Shown here in pieces: positions 23,411 through 37,583 of a DNA stretch of 64,000 nt. A model generated the notes under the pieces. The model was not told the origin of the DNA, did not search any database, and worked only from the letters and a program-made list of their open reading frames with translations. Source of the stretch: Anolis carolinensis (lineage: Eukaryota); the NCBI RefSeq assembly GCF_035594765.1, contig NC_085841.1:132107574-132171573 (forward strand). The letters are read 5' to 3'. Positions within the stretch are counted from its first letter, which is position 1; every line of letters begins with the position of its first letter. The position numbers and the translations under genes were made by a program.

Positions 23411-25835
23411 GCCGGCTCATAGTTTGAAATTTTATTCCCATTTTTTTTAAAAAAATTGCATTATCATTCCCATATTTTTGGTGTTATTTCTCCTTGGTTA
23501 ATGCGTTTTTTGTCTTTTCAACCGAACAGATATTTAAAGGCAACCTGAGATGACATTATTACACTGTAGTGGCAAATGTGATTACATTTGGACATACAAA
23601 CATGTTGACTAGACTGCTTCCACACAGCCAATTAATTCAGGTTTAAGAAAGCTGGTTTGCTTCAGAGTGCCTACACAGGCACCTCATGAACCATCTGAAA
23701 GATGCAAGAGAGTCCACTCAGACACATTGATCAACTGAAATCCAGGAGTTTTATTAACTCCTCACAAAGATTTGCTTACACAAACAGTTTCCCAAGACTT
23801 GAATAATAGCACAGCAAAACAAGACTGTGAAATCCAGTGTTCCCATGGGAACACTGTACTTTGCCAGAAGGAAGCATTTGTTTACCTTCTAGCTGGGCTC
23901 TGTTGCTGCTTTTTTACTCAGACTGTTTTCTTACTCATATTTACATGAACCCTCCACATTTGGCATTCAGTTTCTTCCTGTGCATTGTTTATACACAGGA
24001 GGGATTCAGCTGATTTTATGGCTTGATACAGGATTTATGGTAAAAAAAAATATTATCACACTATTTCTGGCTGGATTTGCGTTGGAGCTTGCATTGGGCA
24101 GGGAAATGTTTTCTAGACACCCCAACCTCAGGCAGGCTAGATTTTAGTGTCTGTGTAAATGGGGCAATAGGTCACTGATGGAAATGAAACATTCAGAAAA
24201 TGACCCTTTGTTATATAATCACAGAGATTGTGCACCAAGTTGGGGTCATAAAGTAGATGGAATATCATCAAAAAGTTATTTTGTTAATGAGATTGGTTAT
24301 TTGGTGGTATCACCAAGAAACAGAAAATAAAGCAATGGAAACAAATAGGAAAATGTTTTCTCAAACAGTGCTAAACATGGGACAGGAGGAATTTTTAAAT
24401 AATATCATGAAAAAGTGTGAGTAGTTTTGTTGCAGTTGTTAGGTTACAGTGAAGATGCTGTCTTTTTACAAATGGAGCAATGTTCACATTCCCAAAATTG
24501 AGCTTTCCTGTCTTCGTACACATGCAGCCTAGAATACTCCACAAAATGGGATTTAGTGATTTTTGCAAAGGCATTAAAATATGGTTCAGGAAGCTGTATA
24601 TGTGAGGAAGAGATGGGAGAATACAACTTTGCACAAATTGAAGAACAATATAGGATCCAAGCTTTTGAACTTCAAGCAATGTGGATTCTTTTTGAGCCAA
24701 AAATATCCTCACAACCAATCATAATTTAAGAAGGTGTTCCAGTTGTTCTACCAAATACTCACAAAAATGTGATGAATATTTTTTGAATATAGTAAGAGAG
24801 GGTGGAGGATTTTTCTTTTGAAAAATCATAGATATATTTTTTCTAAACTTGTTGTGGTATTCCAAAGGTTTGCCTGATTTGAGGCAACATCTTAGCACAC
24901 CAAATATAATTTTGCCTAAATCATCTGGATTTTTATGTATTCTGCACACTGCAGATCCCATTCTTCATCAATGATTGGCGTGTAACATCAGATCTCACCC
25001 CTGCAAATCCCATGAAATCAATGCTAATAGGTTTATTTGTAATTTTAGTGTTGTTGTTTTAAATAAAGATTTGAACTCATGTGATTTAGATATAACTTTG
25101 AAATATATTCATTAATTAAATAATATATGTTTAGGATCTAGAGGAGGAAAATGAATTAAAGAATACAAAAATATAAATTTCAAGGTTTTGGAATGAAATT
25201 AAGTTCATTTTAAAATATGTGAGTGATTTTTTTTTAACTTTCTGGACATGTCAGTACATGAACAGACTGAGTCTTGAAGTTGTTAATTAAATGAAATTTT
25301 GAGGACATTTCACTAGACAATTTGGAAAAGTATCAAAATTATTTTTCTGACTGTTAACTTATTCTTAATACTCTAATTATCTATTAGATCTATGAAAATA
25401 CTTCATATTAATAAATATGGAAAAGAAGTGTACAATTCATGTGCACAATATAGTTATTTTAAAAACATAATTTATTTCCTTTGTTTCTGGGGACAGAAAA
25501 CCATGTAATTCCAAACAAAGTGAATTAATATTAACATTTTACATATATACAATTCAAGATCTCCAGCATATCACCCATTTATTAGTATCAAATTAATGAG
25601 GATTATAATAGCCACTTTTTCTATGAAAGATCATCTCATACCATCCAATCCTGCATAAAATGTGCTTCAGCCTGCTGAAGTCAGCCTTTGCTTAAAATTG
25701 CTTAGGAATTCCAGATAGGCATTGTTTGAATGGGTAAGTGGTCTTCTGGTCAGCCGGCATGTGCACATATTTGTACAAATTCTATAAAGTGAAATGTTCA
25801 TTGTGCACTTTATAGGATGTATACCTATGTACCTA

Positions 25836-26151
25836 GGAGTCTCTGCTGGCTCAGTGTGTTAAAGCGCTGAGCTGCTGAACTTGCAGACCGAAAGGTCCCA
25901 GGTTCAAACCCGGGGAACAGAGTGAGCGCCTGCTGTTAGCTTCAGCTTCTACCAACCTAGCAGTTCGAAAACATGCCAATGTGAGTAGATCAAGATCCAG
26001 CGGGAAGGTAACGGCGTTCCATGCAGTCATGCCGACCACATGACCTTGGAGGTGTCTACGGACAACGCCGGCTCTTCGGCTTAGAAATGGAGATGAGCAG
26101 CAACCCCAGAGTCTGACACGACTGGACTTGACGTCAGGGGAAACCTTTACC
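25836..26151 (+). mobile_element. Sauria SINE
   Basis: tRNA-like head with GGTTCAAACC B box, body CCAACCTAGCAGTTCGAAAACATG, tail GGGGAAACCTTTACC. Flanking duplication TACCTATGT. Confidence 0.92.
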
Positions 26152-26322
26152 TACCTATGTTCTAATACTCGCATGTGCACACAATTCTTTCAGCCTTAGA
26201 TCTGTGTAAACAAACACACAGGACACACATTACTACATTACTACTTTCATATTCCCCAACCCCAGCCCAAATCTCTTCTTATCTCCTCCCATGTTCCAGT
26301 ATGCCATTATTGTGATTTTATT

Positions 26323-27124
26323 TCCTACTACAAGCCTGCGTGATCTCTGAGATCTGCTGAGGAGGCCCTCCTCTTGCTCCCGCTACCATCTCAAACGAGA
26401 TTGGTGGGGACAAGGGAGAGGGCCTTCTCAGTGGTGGTCCCTCGGCTCTAGAACTCCCTCCTGAGAGAAATTAGACTAGCCCCCACCCTGGCCACATTTT
26501 GTAAAGATATGAAAACCTGGTTATTTCAATGTGCATTTGATTAAATTTACATAATTTGATTACTGTCCTTTACCTCCAACTATACCCAGCTACTACACCT
26601 TTCTGGTCCATTCAGTAGAGAGGGTACAAGATACTGTGCTTTTACAATGTTTGGCTTGCCTCAAGTCTTAATAAGCTCACTGTGCCTGGCTATTAGCTAT
26701 CGGTTTAAACTATGTTTTTATGTATATTATATGCTCTATGATTTTATGTTTATGTTTTTTTGTGTGTGTGTCAGGAGCAACCGGAGTTGCTTCTGGAGTG
26801 AGAGAATTGGCCGTCTGCAAGGACGTTGCCCAGGGGACGCCCGGATGTTTTACCATCCTTATGGGAGGCTTCTCTCATGTCCCCGCATGGAGCTGGAGCT
26901 GATAGAGGGAGCTCATCTGCGCTCTCCCCAGGTTGGATTTGAACCTGGCAGCCTTCAGGTCAGCAACTCAACCTTCAAGTCACAAGGCTTTTATCCTCTA
27001 GGCCATAAATACATGTATTTATGTGGTTGTATTGTATTGTGTATCATTGGGCTTGGTCCCCATTTGAGCTGCCCCGTATCCCTTCGGGGAGATGGGGCGA
27101 GATATAAGAATAAAGTTGTTGTTG

Positions 27125-27177
<53 letters not shown>

Positions 27178-27178
27178 T
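26323..27178 (+). mobile_element. L2 3' fragment (ORF2 end, 3' UTR, (GTT)n(ATT)n tail), interrupted by a SINE
   Basis: Homologous to about 4100-4324 (GGGACAAGGGAGAGGGCCTTCTC, AAAACCTGGTTATTT), with an L2-type 3' end. Confidence 0.85.
26755..27005 (-). mobile_element. tRNA-derived SINE (Anolis SINE2-like) inserted in the L2 3' UTR
   Basis: The minus strand has B box GGTTCAAATCC, body GCGTCCCCTGGGCAACGTCCTTGCAGACGGCCAATTCTCTC, and ends GTTGCTCCTGACAC followed by an A-rich tail. Confidence 0.75.
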
Positions 27179-27429
27179 ATCTAGACAGGATAGACTTTGG
27201 GTGAGATCCATCAACTTTACTTTTATATTAATAGACTGACTGGTTTGCTCTAATCATAAATAGTTGAAAACACTTGGAATAAACCAAAAACAGCTTCTTT
27301 CCTGTAGCAGATAGCAAGGATAGTTTTTTGTTAGGATCATTGGCCAAGGCAAAAGTTAAACTTTTCCCATCCTGCCCCTCAAGTTGCTATTTTTAATGAG
27401 GTATAGTCAGTACAGTCATGGGACATATA

Positions 27430-27918
27430 GGCTGCATCTACATCGCCATATAATGCAGTTTCAGAATGCAGGTTAACTTCATTGAACTGGATTATATGGC
27501 ATTATAGACTCATATAATCCAGTTCAATGCATTAGGGACCTCTTCACATGGCCCAAAATTTGGCGGCAGTGGGGAGCTTTTTGTACTTTTGTCACAGAGC
27601 CCGGCTGCTCTCATCACACACATTAAAAGTCCTTCTGGGGCGGCTCCATGGCAGAACTGTCTCAAAAACCCTGCTGCCACCGAAGAAATGCAAGCGGCGG
27701 ACAACAGGAGGCTTCCCGTCTTTTCACAAGGAAAGATGGGCTTAGCCGTCTTAAAGAGGCTTCTCTCAGTGTGATTGGGTAGGGGAAGCCAGAATGGTGC
27801 GGGGCGCAGGGAGACAGGTCCCTATCCCCCTGGGTGGGCGCCATCAGTGCAATGTGCAGTGATTCTGGTGGCGTGTGTCACAAGGTCCTTTATTTGCATT
27901 CTGAAACTGCATTATAAG
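27430..27918. mobile_element. Palindromic Harbinger-like MITE containing a nested element at 27535-27889
   Basis: Outer arms TATAATGCAGTTTCAGAATGCA/TGCATTCTGAAACTGCATTATA and CATTGAACTGGATTATATG/CATATAATCCAGTTCAATG. The inner GC-richer element has GGGACCT/AGGTCCT ends and a TTA duplication. Confidence 0.75.
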
Positions 27919-30900
27919 CCTTAGCATGGCTTTTACACTGAAAACATAATGTCTGTCCTTATTTCATTTTTGCTTACACTGTCGCCAATGCAATATGTCA
28001 TTTCAAGGTGAAGCAGGAATTGAGAAACTACTTGAGTGTCATAAAACACAGTTTGCTTTAGCAAGATGAGAATAAGCCACATGATCTACCTCTCTTCCAG
28101 TGCAATTGTAATAAGGAGTTCAGAAGGTTTCAGTTGCAATTAACCAGTTTTGATCATCTTACAAACCCTTAAATGACATTAATTCTAACTATGGTTTGTT
28201 TAAATAAATGAGGTTCCCAAGCTATGTTTTGAATATGGCTTGTTTCAACAAGCCAGAATTAAGATTAACCATTTTTGCCTGGATACAGACAAGCACAAGA
28301 ATGAGTATTTCAGAAGTTTAGCTCAGAAGGCAGATGTGACATCCTAAGGTTTCTGGTACCTTGTTTTCATTGTGTTAGACAGCTGAATATGAGCATGTGC
28401 CTTCTAGGAGTAAATTTTAAGTTGAACACGAGTCAGGAACAATTGACAGTATTGCACTGGCTTTACTATTGCTCTTGTCATGATGGCACCGTTTGGCTAC
28501 CACCAGCTAAACTGCAGCTTATAGTGAAGGTACATGGCAGGGACCTCCTGAGATTGTCTGAGACAATCAAGATCATACTGGAAGTGGTAATCCTTAAATG
28601 ATCTCAGATCAAAACTCTTTGGAATTTTAACTTCCAAAACTACTTGGGATTATAGTAACTCAACAGTAGGTAATTTCATTGGGTCTAGGTAATAATATTT
28701 TCCCCCTCATAAAGATCTACTGCACACCATCCTGTCTGTGATTGTTTATATTTTTAAAAATCAGAAATGGGCTAGAAACCCACTGCACGTTTCTAAAAAT
28801 ATGATAAAAAGCACAATTTTTCATCTCATAGATAGATGCCCCCATTTTATCAATGACAGAAACATGGAGTTTTAAACAACATTTGCAGTTGGAGTTTAAG
28901 AAACAGCAAGAAGACTACCATTTTCCCAGTTTCTTATGTTCTTCTTCTGTGGCTTTTCGCACCACTCCTGGGTTGTACAGAAGTACATATCTGCTATCAC
29001 ATATCTTTTAAAACAAAAACAGCAAGTTACAAAATGGTCATAAGTGCCATGCACAGCAAGGCATGTGCTTCACAATTAAAAAGACACAATGGTGTGCTCC
29101 AAGATCCGACTCCATGCCTAGCACTGAGCGTGCCCCCCTTCGCTTTCCTTCCCTTTCTCCATGAGCGGCCGTGATTTTAAGTAGGAATCCATGCATGTGC
29201 TTCTCATCCCCGGGATTGTAGGCAGGAGCTTCTTAATCAATATGCTTTTCCTATTAGCCAGTTTGATAGTGAATGTCATATTTACTTGGTTGCTTATCCT
29301 TTTCTTCCCATTTATTATTCCCCTCCTTTATAATGGAAACCTAGAAATTTGATTTTAAAAAGTAAATACTTTCCAATTAGGTTTTACCTTTCATATTTTT
29401 TAAAAAAATAAAGACAACAGTGCTTGCCTTGCTTTAGCATCCTCTTAAGTCTTAGTTAAATAGTTCAGCTCCAGATTTAAAAAAAATGAAAGGGCTCAAA
29501 TATCTCTCTTATATTAGAAAATCCTTCCTTATTAAAAAAAATAATATTAAATTTCATTCTGCTTGTTGTGCCATATTTCTTATTCCTTTTCACTTTCTCT
29601 CTCTCCCCCCCCCCCCCCCACTCCCAGCAGCCTGTGTTTCTTATACCTTTTCACCCACCAGTTTGATTGCCATGGCTGCAGCCGTGGGTGAATAATTGCC
29701 TGTCTTCACAGGAGCATGTTCTGGAGCTAAAGTCGAGTGCTTGCTTCCTGATGTATGCCTCATTTGGATTCTGCCGACAGCCTAGGGGCTGTATTATTCA
29801 TGCCTTGACAGATAGCACTCACTAAAAGCATTGGAACCAGGCCAGGTACTGGCAGAGAGATAGTGGAGCATTGCAACTTGCAACAGAGAGAGGAGCATCT
29901 ATAATACAGAGATGGGGGCGGGGAGGCGAGGAATGGAGAGGGGGCGAGGAAAAAAGAAATCCTCATACCTTCTCTTTCTCTGGTTCTTATTTTTAGGCAG
30001 GGGGGATTCATTTGCATCAAAATATAAAAAAAATCCTAAAAATAAACGCATTGCTTCCATCTCCTAGCTTCCTCCGCCACGCCATCACAATCCTTAAAAG
30101 CATGCTTGAATGTTTAACACAATTTTCCACATTTAATTGCAAAGCTGATTTTAATTAGTAAGGCCCTGCATGTGAAAAATGAAGATTCACTTGGGTGAGT
30201 GTAACACATTGCAGTGTCTGCTGAATGCTCTAATTAATGTATGGCTGCTGTACAACGGGGTGCACTGTGGGATATTTATGAAAAATTCTGTGCACGCAGA
30301 CAGTCTATCTGTATGTTCTTGAATCTGCAAGAATAAATAACTCCCCCTCCCCTTTATTCTTTATGAGACATCATTGTGCATGCCATCACTCCATCCATAA
30401 ACTTTACAGCATTCCCGTCCTTTTTACTGTTTGTCAGTGATACTATAAATCAGAAGCCAGGGCATACATATTTTAACATTGGGTTTAAAGAAAGATTTGG
30501 TTGGGCACTCTTCAAAGATCAGGATCCATTTGTGTCAGGGGCGGGAGAGGCAAGAACCCTCATTTGTGCCATCTGTATCTCTCCTACCCTTCTTCCCCAC
30601 TTCTTAAAATACAGTGAAAAATCATGGGAAATCCTAGAAATGAAGCATGTGTGTATCTTGCTGGTGGTTAGTTTTTAGAGAGTATGAACATACCGGTTTA
30701 TGGATTAAAGTAGGACCTTTGAATCAGGCTGTACTTCACATTTCTGACAGAATTTGCAATACATTTTCTCAAAATACTAAACATTAACAAATGATAATGG
30801 AATTTTCAGAAAAGTCTGTTTTATGAAAGTGTCAAAATTGTTAGTAAGGTTTTAAAAAAACATTTTGAATACATATTTTGATTTCGAGTCCTAAATTAAA

Positions 30901-30944
30901 GGATTTTCAAGTGGAATGTGGCAAACAATAAATAAACATGCCCA

Positions 30945-31110
30945 TCTGTATTTTATAATGTGTTTTATGAATATCCTGTGTAAGTTAATAATTTTAACTG
31001 TTTTATAGTACATTGTACAATTTTTATATATGTGTTTTATTGTAAACCGCCCTGTTGGGTGAGAAGGGCGGGATATAAATATTGTAATAAATAAATAATA
31101 AATAAATAAA
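30945..31110 (+). mobile_element. L2 extreme 3' end with (TAAA)n tail
   Basis: TGTAAACCGCCCTG...GGGTGAGAAGGGCGGGATATAAAT followed by (AAAT)n; matches 40776-40850. Confidence 0.8.
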
Positions 31111-34100
31111 TGTGCTTACAGAGAATCCATGATATATCAAATGTAGAATAAAGAGCATAAGATTTTATACTTAGAGAGTCACACAACTGGTACATGAAAT
31201 AATTTTAACTGGAAGAAGCTGTAATTTTGTGTTTGTGAAGTATTAACAAGATGGCTTTGAGGAGGTGTAATATGCTCTTTCCTCACTCGTGAGTAACCAC
31301 AGTCTGCTCTCACACAAATTGTAGACAGGCTTGAGAGGCCAACCCCTTAAGAAAGGTTCTTTTCAGTATTTAGCTCATCATTACTAAGAGGAACTAAAGC
31401 ATAGGGTTAGCAAAGAGCTTCTGTAAATGTTAACGCTATGCTGAGCAGGTTAAAAAAGGAAAGTCATATCAGAAGCATGGTATCAGAAGGTGCTGAGTGG
31501 CCCATCTGTGTGATGACAGTGACAGCTGATTTGGGAGGTAGGATCTGCATTGAAGTCCCTGGCCTTGGCACAGACTGGGTGTTTCCATGATGATAGCTCA
31601 TTTTCTTTCAAATGGCAGGTGCTGGGCACATAATTCACCATTAATGCTCTGCTTACTGCTGCATAGTCTGCTGTAGGTTGGTTTTTAAAATATGGTGGTG
31701 GCAATTGTGAACACGTACATGTGTCACTCACAGAATAAAAAAGAGTTTCTTATATAACTACAATAAAGGGAAAGAAAAAAGCACCAGTTTCCAATAAGAT
31801 CGGCCATATAATTGTCTGAAGAATCCTCTGCAAATATCCATATAGTTTCTTCTATTACATATGACAGATTTTTTTTTCCGAAAGAGAATGTCTGGCTTGT
31901 CTGAAAGCATAATGTTCCTACTTTGCCAATAGAAACAGAGCTTGAGAGCAGCTTTATGATTTCTGCTTCTTAAAGTGGCTCTAAGAGATATACCAAGGCA
32001 ATCTTCTCAGGTTGAGTAAGCCATTCTCTCTCCCTCTCAGCCCTTCATTTTCTGCATCTGAAAAAATAGAGAAGCTAAGCACTCACCCTTGTCTGTAGTA
32101 CATTTTGAGATGTATGGATAAGCAGCATGGTGAAGAACTTGTCATTATTGTGATTGGACTCAGCATAGGCAATTCAGCTTGGCTGTTTACTTCTGGGCAT
32201 GAAGGACTTATCCAACGTCCTTTGCAGTCAACTGAAGACTTTCCCTTGGCTGAGAAGTTGATAAATATTGCACCAACTTTTACACGTGATAGTTTTGACA
32301 TTTTAATGTGGAGTTTTTTTTGGTTTGGAATCACTTCTTGTTCTAATGAAGCTATTCATAATACACTTATATCTAGATTAGTATGTGCATTTTTGTATTG
32401 TAAATGCCAGTGGATTGTTATTTAGTTTAGAGTTAGGAAACATCAGTGTGTTTGACACTTGGAAGTTGGTAAGGGCAACTTACTATTGTATATATGTAGT
32501 CATCATCTTACTTGGAGATTTTGGGGAACACACACACACACACACACACATTCATGTGGAGTGGTGGAATTGTAGGTTGCACAAGATTATGTATATTGCT
32601 TCCTTTTGATCTATGGGGATAAATTAAGCCTTTTTATTATTGTATTATTACAGCAGCCTTTATAGTACTTGTATCCCTGAGATTTTCATGTTTGTATTTC
32701 TCTCATGTGTATGGCTAAGAGCAATATGTGTAAGGAATTGGAATTTTAGTTTCCCCACAACCTTGTGACAAGATAATAGCCATCAATTCTGCATGTGCTT
32801 CACGTAGTATGTAATATGAGATGGAAACACACTATATTATTTTAATAAAACAATAGCTTTATCAGGAACAACAAGACTGGCTCATATATTTAGTTCTTCA
32901 GATTCTACTGTAGCTTCTTTTCTCACAACAACTGACATACAGCAGCACCAGGATGTACAAAAAATATTCTTCACTGAAAATTATAGAAAATGAACAGACT
33001 CTCGGAAGAAGCACATAATCATTATGACCAAACAGAAGAACTAGTCCTCAAGATTATAAAACTGTGGAATGTTCACTTGAACTTGTGATATTGTTTGTGT
33101 GGTATTATACATAGCATGACTGAAACGTAAGTGTGCATCTTGCTCTAACTGATGAAATATTATAATCTTTGCTTAAACTCCTAAAAAATGAATAAGGAAG
33201 AATAGATGGACACAATAGAGAAACAAAACAAAGCAAGAAACATGGTGGGAGAAAATACAGCTTTTGATCTCATGCCTGTATTAAATTGCTTCTTGGTTAA
33301 CAGTTGACATTAGTATAATTATAATATTGGAATCATGCTAAATCTGACATTCAAGGATGAACATGACTGTTCAAAGTGCACTAATGTTCACATACAGGAA
33401 AAACAGTAAATATTGGAGAATTCACATTTCAAAAATAAGTGGAAATGTTTATGTTCACATTGGCTATTTCAAATGTTTTATTAGCATACTTCCAAAACTA
33501 AGAAGGAGAAGGGATCTAGGAAATGTGTGAGAGAGTTGTGAATCTTGCTAGAAGAGTAAGCAAAATTGGTGAGGCAGAAGCTGAACAACAAGTCTCACTC
33601 TTTCCACCCACACAAAAGATCTAGCAGAGAAAGAAGAAGCATTGTCTTCTTTGTAAAACAATTAAAGTAGCTTTATGTACAAATTACTTCTGCATAATCA
33701 GATACACAGTCTAACTCAGGAGATAGAGAGATCAATAGAGTAATGCAGAAAGAAGGTGGCAAGGATTTCTGCACACTAACAATCAGTGAATACTGGTGCT
33801 GCAAGTCACAAGGCATTATTCAACTATTCAGTCTTTTCCTCCCTGATATATGATGATGGTGGTTATGTAGATGGAGAAATGGTTAAAAGTGCATTATCCT
33901 CTGCCTCACTCTCTGAAATTCCATGAATGGGGCTCAATGACTGAATAGTAAAAATCATGTCTGGAAGAACCATGTTTCATCCATGATTGATGCTGGTTTC
34001 ATTCTTCATTATGTCTATCCAAAATGAGAATGGATGCTTCATACTGGAACATTTTACCAAAAAGGAAGGGAGGGAGGGAGGGTTGGCTGTGGTTAAATGG

Positions 34101-35589
34101 CCAGGAAGATACTCTAATGCAGTCCTTCTCAAAGTGGTAGTTTGTGTAATCATCAGCTGTCAGCCCCCAGCTCGAAAAGGTCTGCTCATACTACCTTCTC
34201 TCAGCTAAAGCTCCAATCATTTGCCTCTGCCTCTCCAACAAGCTTGCAATTAACAAGTCTTCCAGAAGTGCTTGTGTCTCTCCCGTTGCACTTGCTTGGT
34301 AGGAAACCTCCATCTGTTGTCTCACCTAAAGGTGCACACTGCAAACTTCTTTTGGTAAGACAGCCCTCAAATCCCTGCACCTTATTTATATATAAAAATA
34401 ATTTGTGATATAGGTATTGACTCTGTTCTTGAGAGGTGATAAGAGTGGAAAAGGTGGAAACAAATACGAAGGTATTCCTCATAGGTAATATGAATAAATT
34501 TCCACACTTACCAGTTTTTTTTTCTACAGCCCACTGACTCACTGCTCTTACAAGGGTCTGGCAAATTAAACAGTCAAGTGAGGCATTTCGTTTGCATGGA
34601 GGATTGGAGTGGTTTGGTGGGACCATGCAAGAAGTGGATGGAAGTGGGATTCTCCCACTGTAGTTAACACAATGGTAAAGCGGAAAAGAGCTTTTGGATA
34701 ATATATAGTGAAACCTTTATGTTATCATAAAATAGGTTTTCCAACCCTCAATATTATTTACAGATTTTATTGATTTAGGCATAGCAACTTTGCCTCCATG
34801 ATCAAAAAGCAATCAATTGATGCAAACCCACATGGTTTCAAGGTTTTTAGTTCAGCCAGTCACAATGTAGCAAGTAAATTAAGGTGGCCCTGCCAACACA
34901 TTCAGAAAGTGCCATGCATATTGATAAATATGCCCTACAGCCAACTCGCAATCCCTTTTTGCTTCTGAAGGCTTGGAAGATGTTGTCATGCAATGGCAGA
35001 TTGCAACCTCATTGGACTGCTGCGAAATATTTCTGATTATTACTACTCATTTATAATTATATCTGAAGGAGACTGCTGCTTTTAATATTTCTATTACTAT
35101 TCATTTATAATGGATATTATGATGGTGATTTTGTGTCCCACCTCTTCCTATAAAACTCAGTAAAGCATTATTTGTCTATAAACTAAACATAATGAAAAGG
35201 TTTCCACATTTGATGTTTGTGGTATAAATTAATATAACATGATTGTGAAATACATTGCATAAAAATGGTGGAAGTCACTGGAATTTTGGGGAAATATATT
35301 ATTAGTCCACTGTAGGTGTATTCTGACACACTGTTCACTGTGGTGCAGAGCTGGATCAATTCCATAGTCATTATATGATGCAGGAAGCTGATCCAGCAGT
35401 TTAACATGGCCTTGGCCCATGCTATCTAAAATTGCTGGATAATCTGGAGCTTCCCCAAAGCTCTGTTTTCCTGTGACTTCAGGGCCATCTAATCAACCAT
35501 TCAGGGGTGGCACAATTGATTAGGAGACATCCGACTTTCCCAGGAGAAAAGGCCTCACTCTAATTTATCTTAGCTGTGCCCAATGGGCA

Positions 35590-35640
35590 CCAAAATGTGA
35601 CTAGACTTAATGTCAAGGAAAAACCTTTACCCTTTACCTA
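35590..35640 (+). mobile_element. Sauria SINE tail fragment
   Basis: GACTAGACTTAATGTCAAGGAAAAACCTTTACCCTTTACC matches the tails of the full copies in this window. Confidence 0.65.
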
Positions 35641-35830
35641 GAGGAAAGGGTAGGTGTGGTGCCAGAAGCAACTGGGGAAAGAAAAATGAAGTGCTGGTGG
35701 AAAAATAAAGGAAGGTGTCTAATATACTGACTTTTAACTTGAACACATTTTTTTAAAACTTTATTTAATTTCTGCTGACAGACATCATTCTCTACTTAGA
35801 ATGTCCTGGCATGACATCATGTCTAAGTTA

Positions 35831-35990
35831 CAGTAATACCTTGACTTAAAAGTTTAATTCGTTCTGTGACTGAGTTATACTCATGAAACTAATTTTCCCA
35901 TTGAAATGCATTGAAATAGTTTAACCATTCCTGCCCTCTAAACCCCTCTCCCCATTTGTTGTTACATGTTTTTAAATAAGAAAATGTACT
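35831..35990. mobile_element. Tigger/pogo-like DNA transposon end fragment
   Basis: TA followed by CAGTAATACCTTGACTT..., with TTCCCATTGAAATG subterminal sequence. The partner TIR was not seen. Confidence 0.4.
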
Positions 35991-36030
35991 TTATAAATAA
36001 AACAAATGATGTATACATGTACATTTACAT

Positions 36031-36212
36031 GGAACAATAAAGAAAGAAAGATCAATTTTAAAATGGTGGAAGCACAAAGTTGTGGCAAGGGAACACATTT
36101 GAGACAACATGTGTGTTGGCAAGGCAAAACTTACACATTCATATAGGACAATAAACAAAGAGAGATCAACTTTAAAATGGTAAAAGCACAAAGTTGTAGC
36201 AAGGAAGCACAA
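36031..36212. repeat. Imperfect direct duplication, period about 113 bp
   Basis: GATCAA(T/C)TTTAAAATGGT..AAGCACAAAGTTGT(G/A)GCAAGG occurs twice. Confidence 0.8.
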
Positions 36213-37583
36213 ATAGCAAGCAAAGAGGCATAAGCATCATTTTCTTCACACTGTACAAGCATTCCCTCAGATGCTTTCTCCAACAATTTCACCTGCAGAA
36301 TAGTTTCCTTGAGAGGGACCAAGATGGCCTGAAAAGTGGCTGCACAAAACAACAGGCAGCATCGACTGGTAGAATGCTGGAAAGTGCAAACACAGTGGGA
36401 ACAAACCTTCTCATCAGCCATTGTCTTGGCAACTCTTTACCAGCAGACCATGTCAGCACAAAGTCTCATATACACATGCATACATACATACATACATGCA
36501 TACATGTTTAATGTAAATGTATAGGAAATTGCGCTGCCTACTTAATTTCAACCTGTGCACCCTCATCTGAATTGCTCTTTACACAAATCTTGCTTGTCTG
36601 ATTTCTCCCCAATTTCCCCTTCTCAATAGCACATTGTTATGCATCCTAAGCCCTTCCTAAGAGTCCCCTTCCTTTGGTAGGACAAAAACACCAAGAATTT
36701 CCATAGCGGGAGCACTGCATTGGGTATAACATCATGGTTTTGGATCAAATAGGATTTTAAATAATATGTCATGTGAATACAGATTGAGAACTATAAAACC
36801 ATAAAAAGAACATATTCAAACTTCAAGGATGAACCTTTATAGCAAGATTTCAGTAAGGCTGGTACTATTTTGGGAATAATTGGCACTTGTCGGGACATCT
36901 CTGTTTGACCTAAATTCTAGATTTCCTAATTTTAGAAACAGTGCCGATTGTTAGCTTTTTACTGTTTGTCTGCAAGAAACATTTCAAGCTGCCAGGGCAT
37001 ATTATTATTTCTACTAATCAGTTGGTGGCAGTTGTAAAATATACATTGCAGTGTTCCTTGTTCTTCCTACCTTGTGAGGAAAAAGATCACATTTTCATTT
37101 TAGTAAAGGGGCGACAAGACTGTGTGACAATGTCTTGCACTGTTTTCTGAAAAATATGACTACTTTTCATCCTAGAAAAATACAAACATATGGACTTAGT
37201 TCCAATATCATCATTTAAGCACAATAAACGAGTTTGTTAGATTGTGACTATGAGCCAGCATCCTATTAGTGACACATGCAAGTGAAAATTGACTTTACAT
37301 ATCTATTTCTAATTGCACATATCTATTTTTAATTGTTGCGGAGGTTGGTTCCCTCTACAGATGTTCTCTCTGTAGCAACCAAAGCTCTCTTCATACTTAA
37401 TGCAGAACCACTGAAAACCCCTTCCCATATCCTTTTGTACTCAAAGGAACATGGGGCAGGGAGGCAGAAGCATCTGACTGTCCCTGAAACCAGTTGTGAA
37501 GAAATTATACTGTAATTCTATGAGACCTGTAGTGGACCTCAGGGAATAGTGTAATCACTTTGCAGCTGTCTACAGGGACATAT

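Noticed and set aside
25836-25915. tRNA-like A and B boxes
   Set aside because: These are SINE heads with SINE bodies and TSDs, not tRNA genes. No rRNA or tRNA gene was found.
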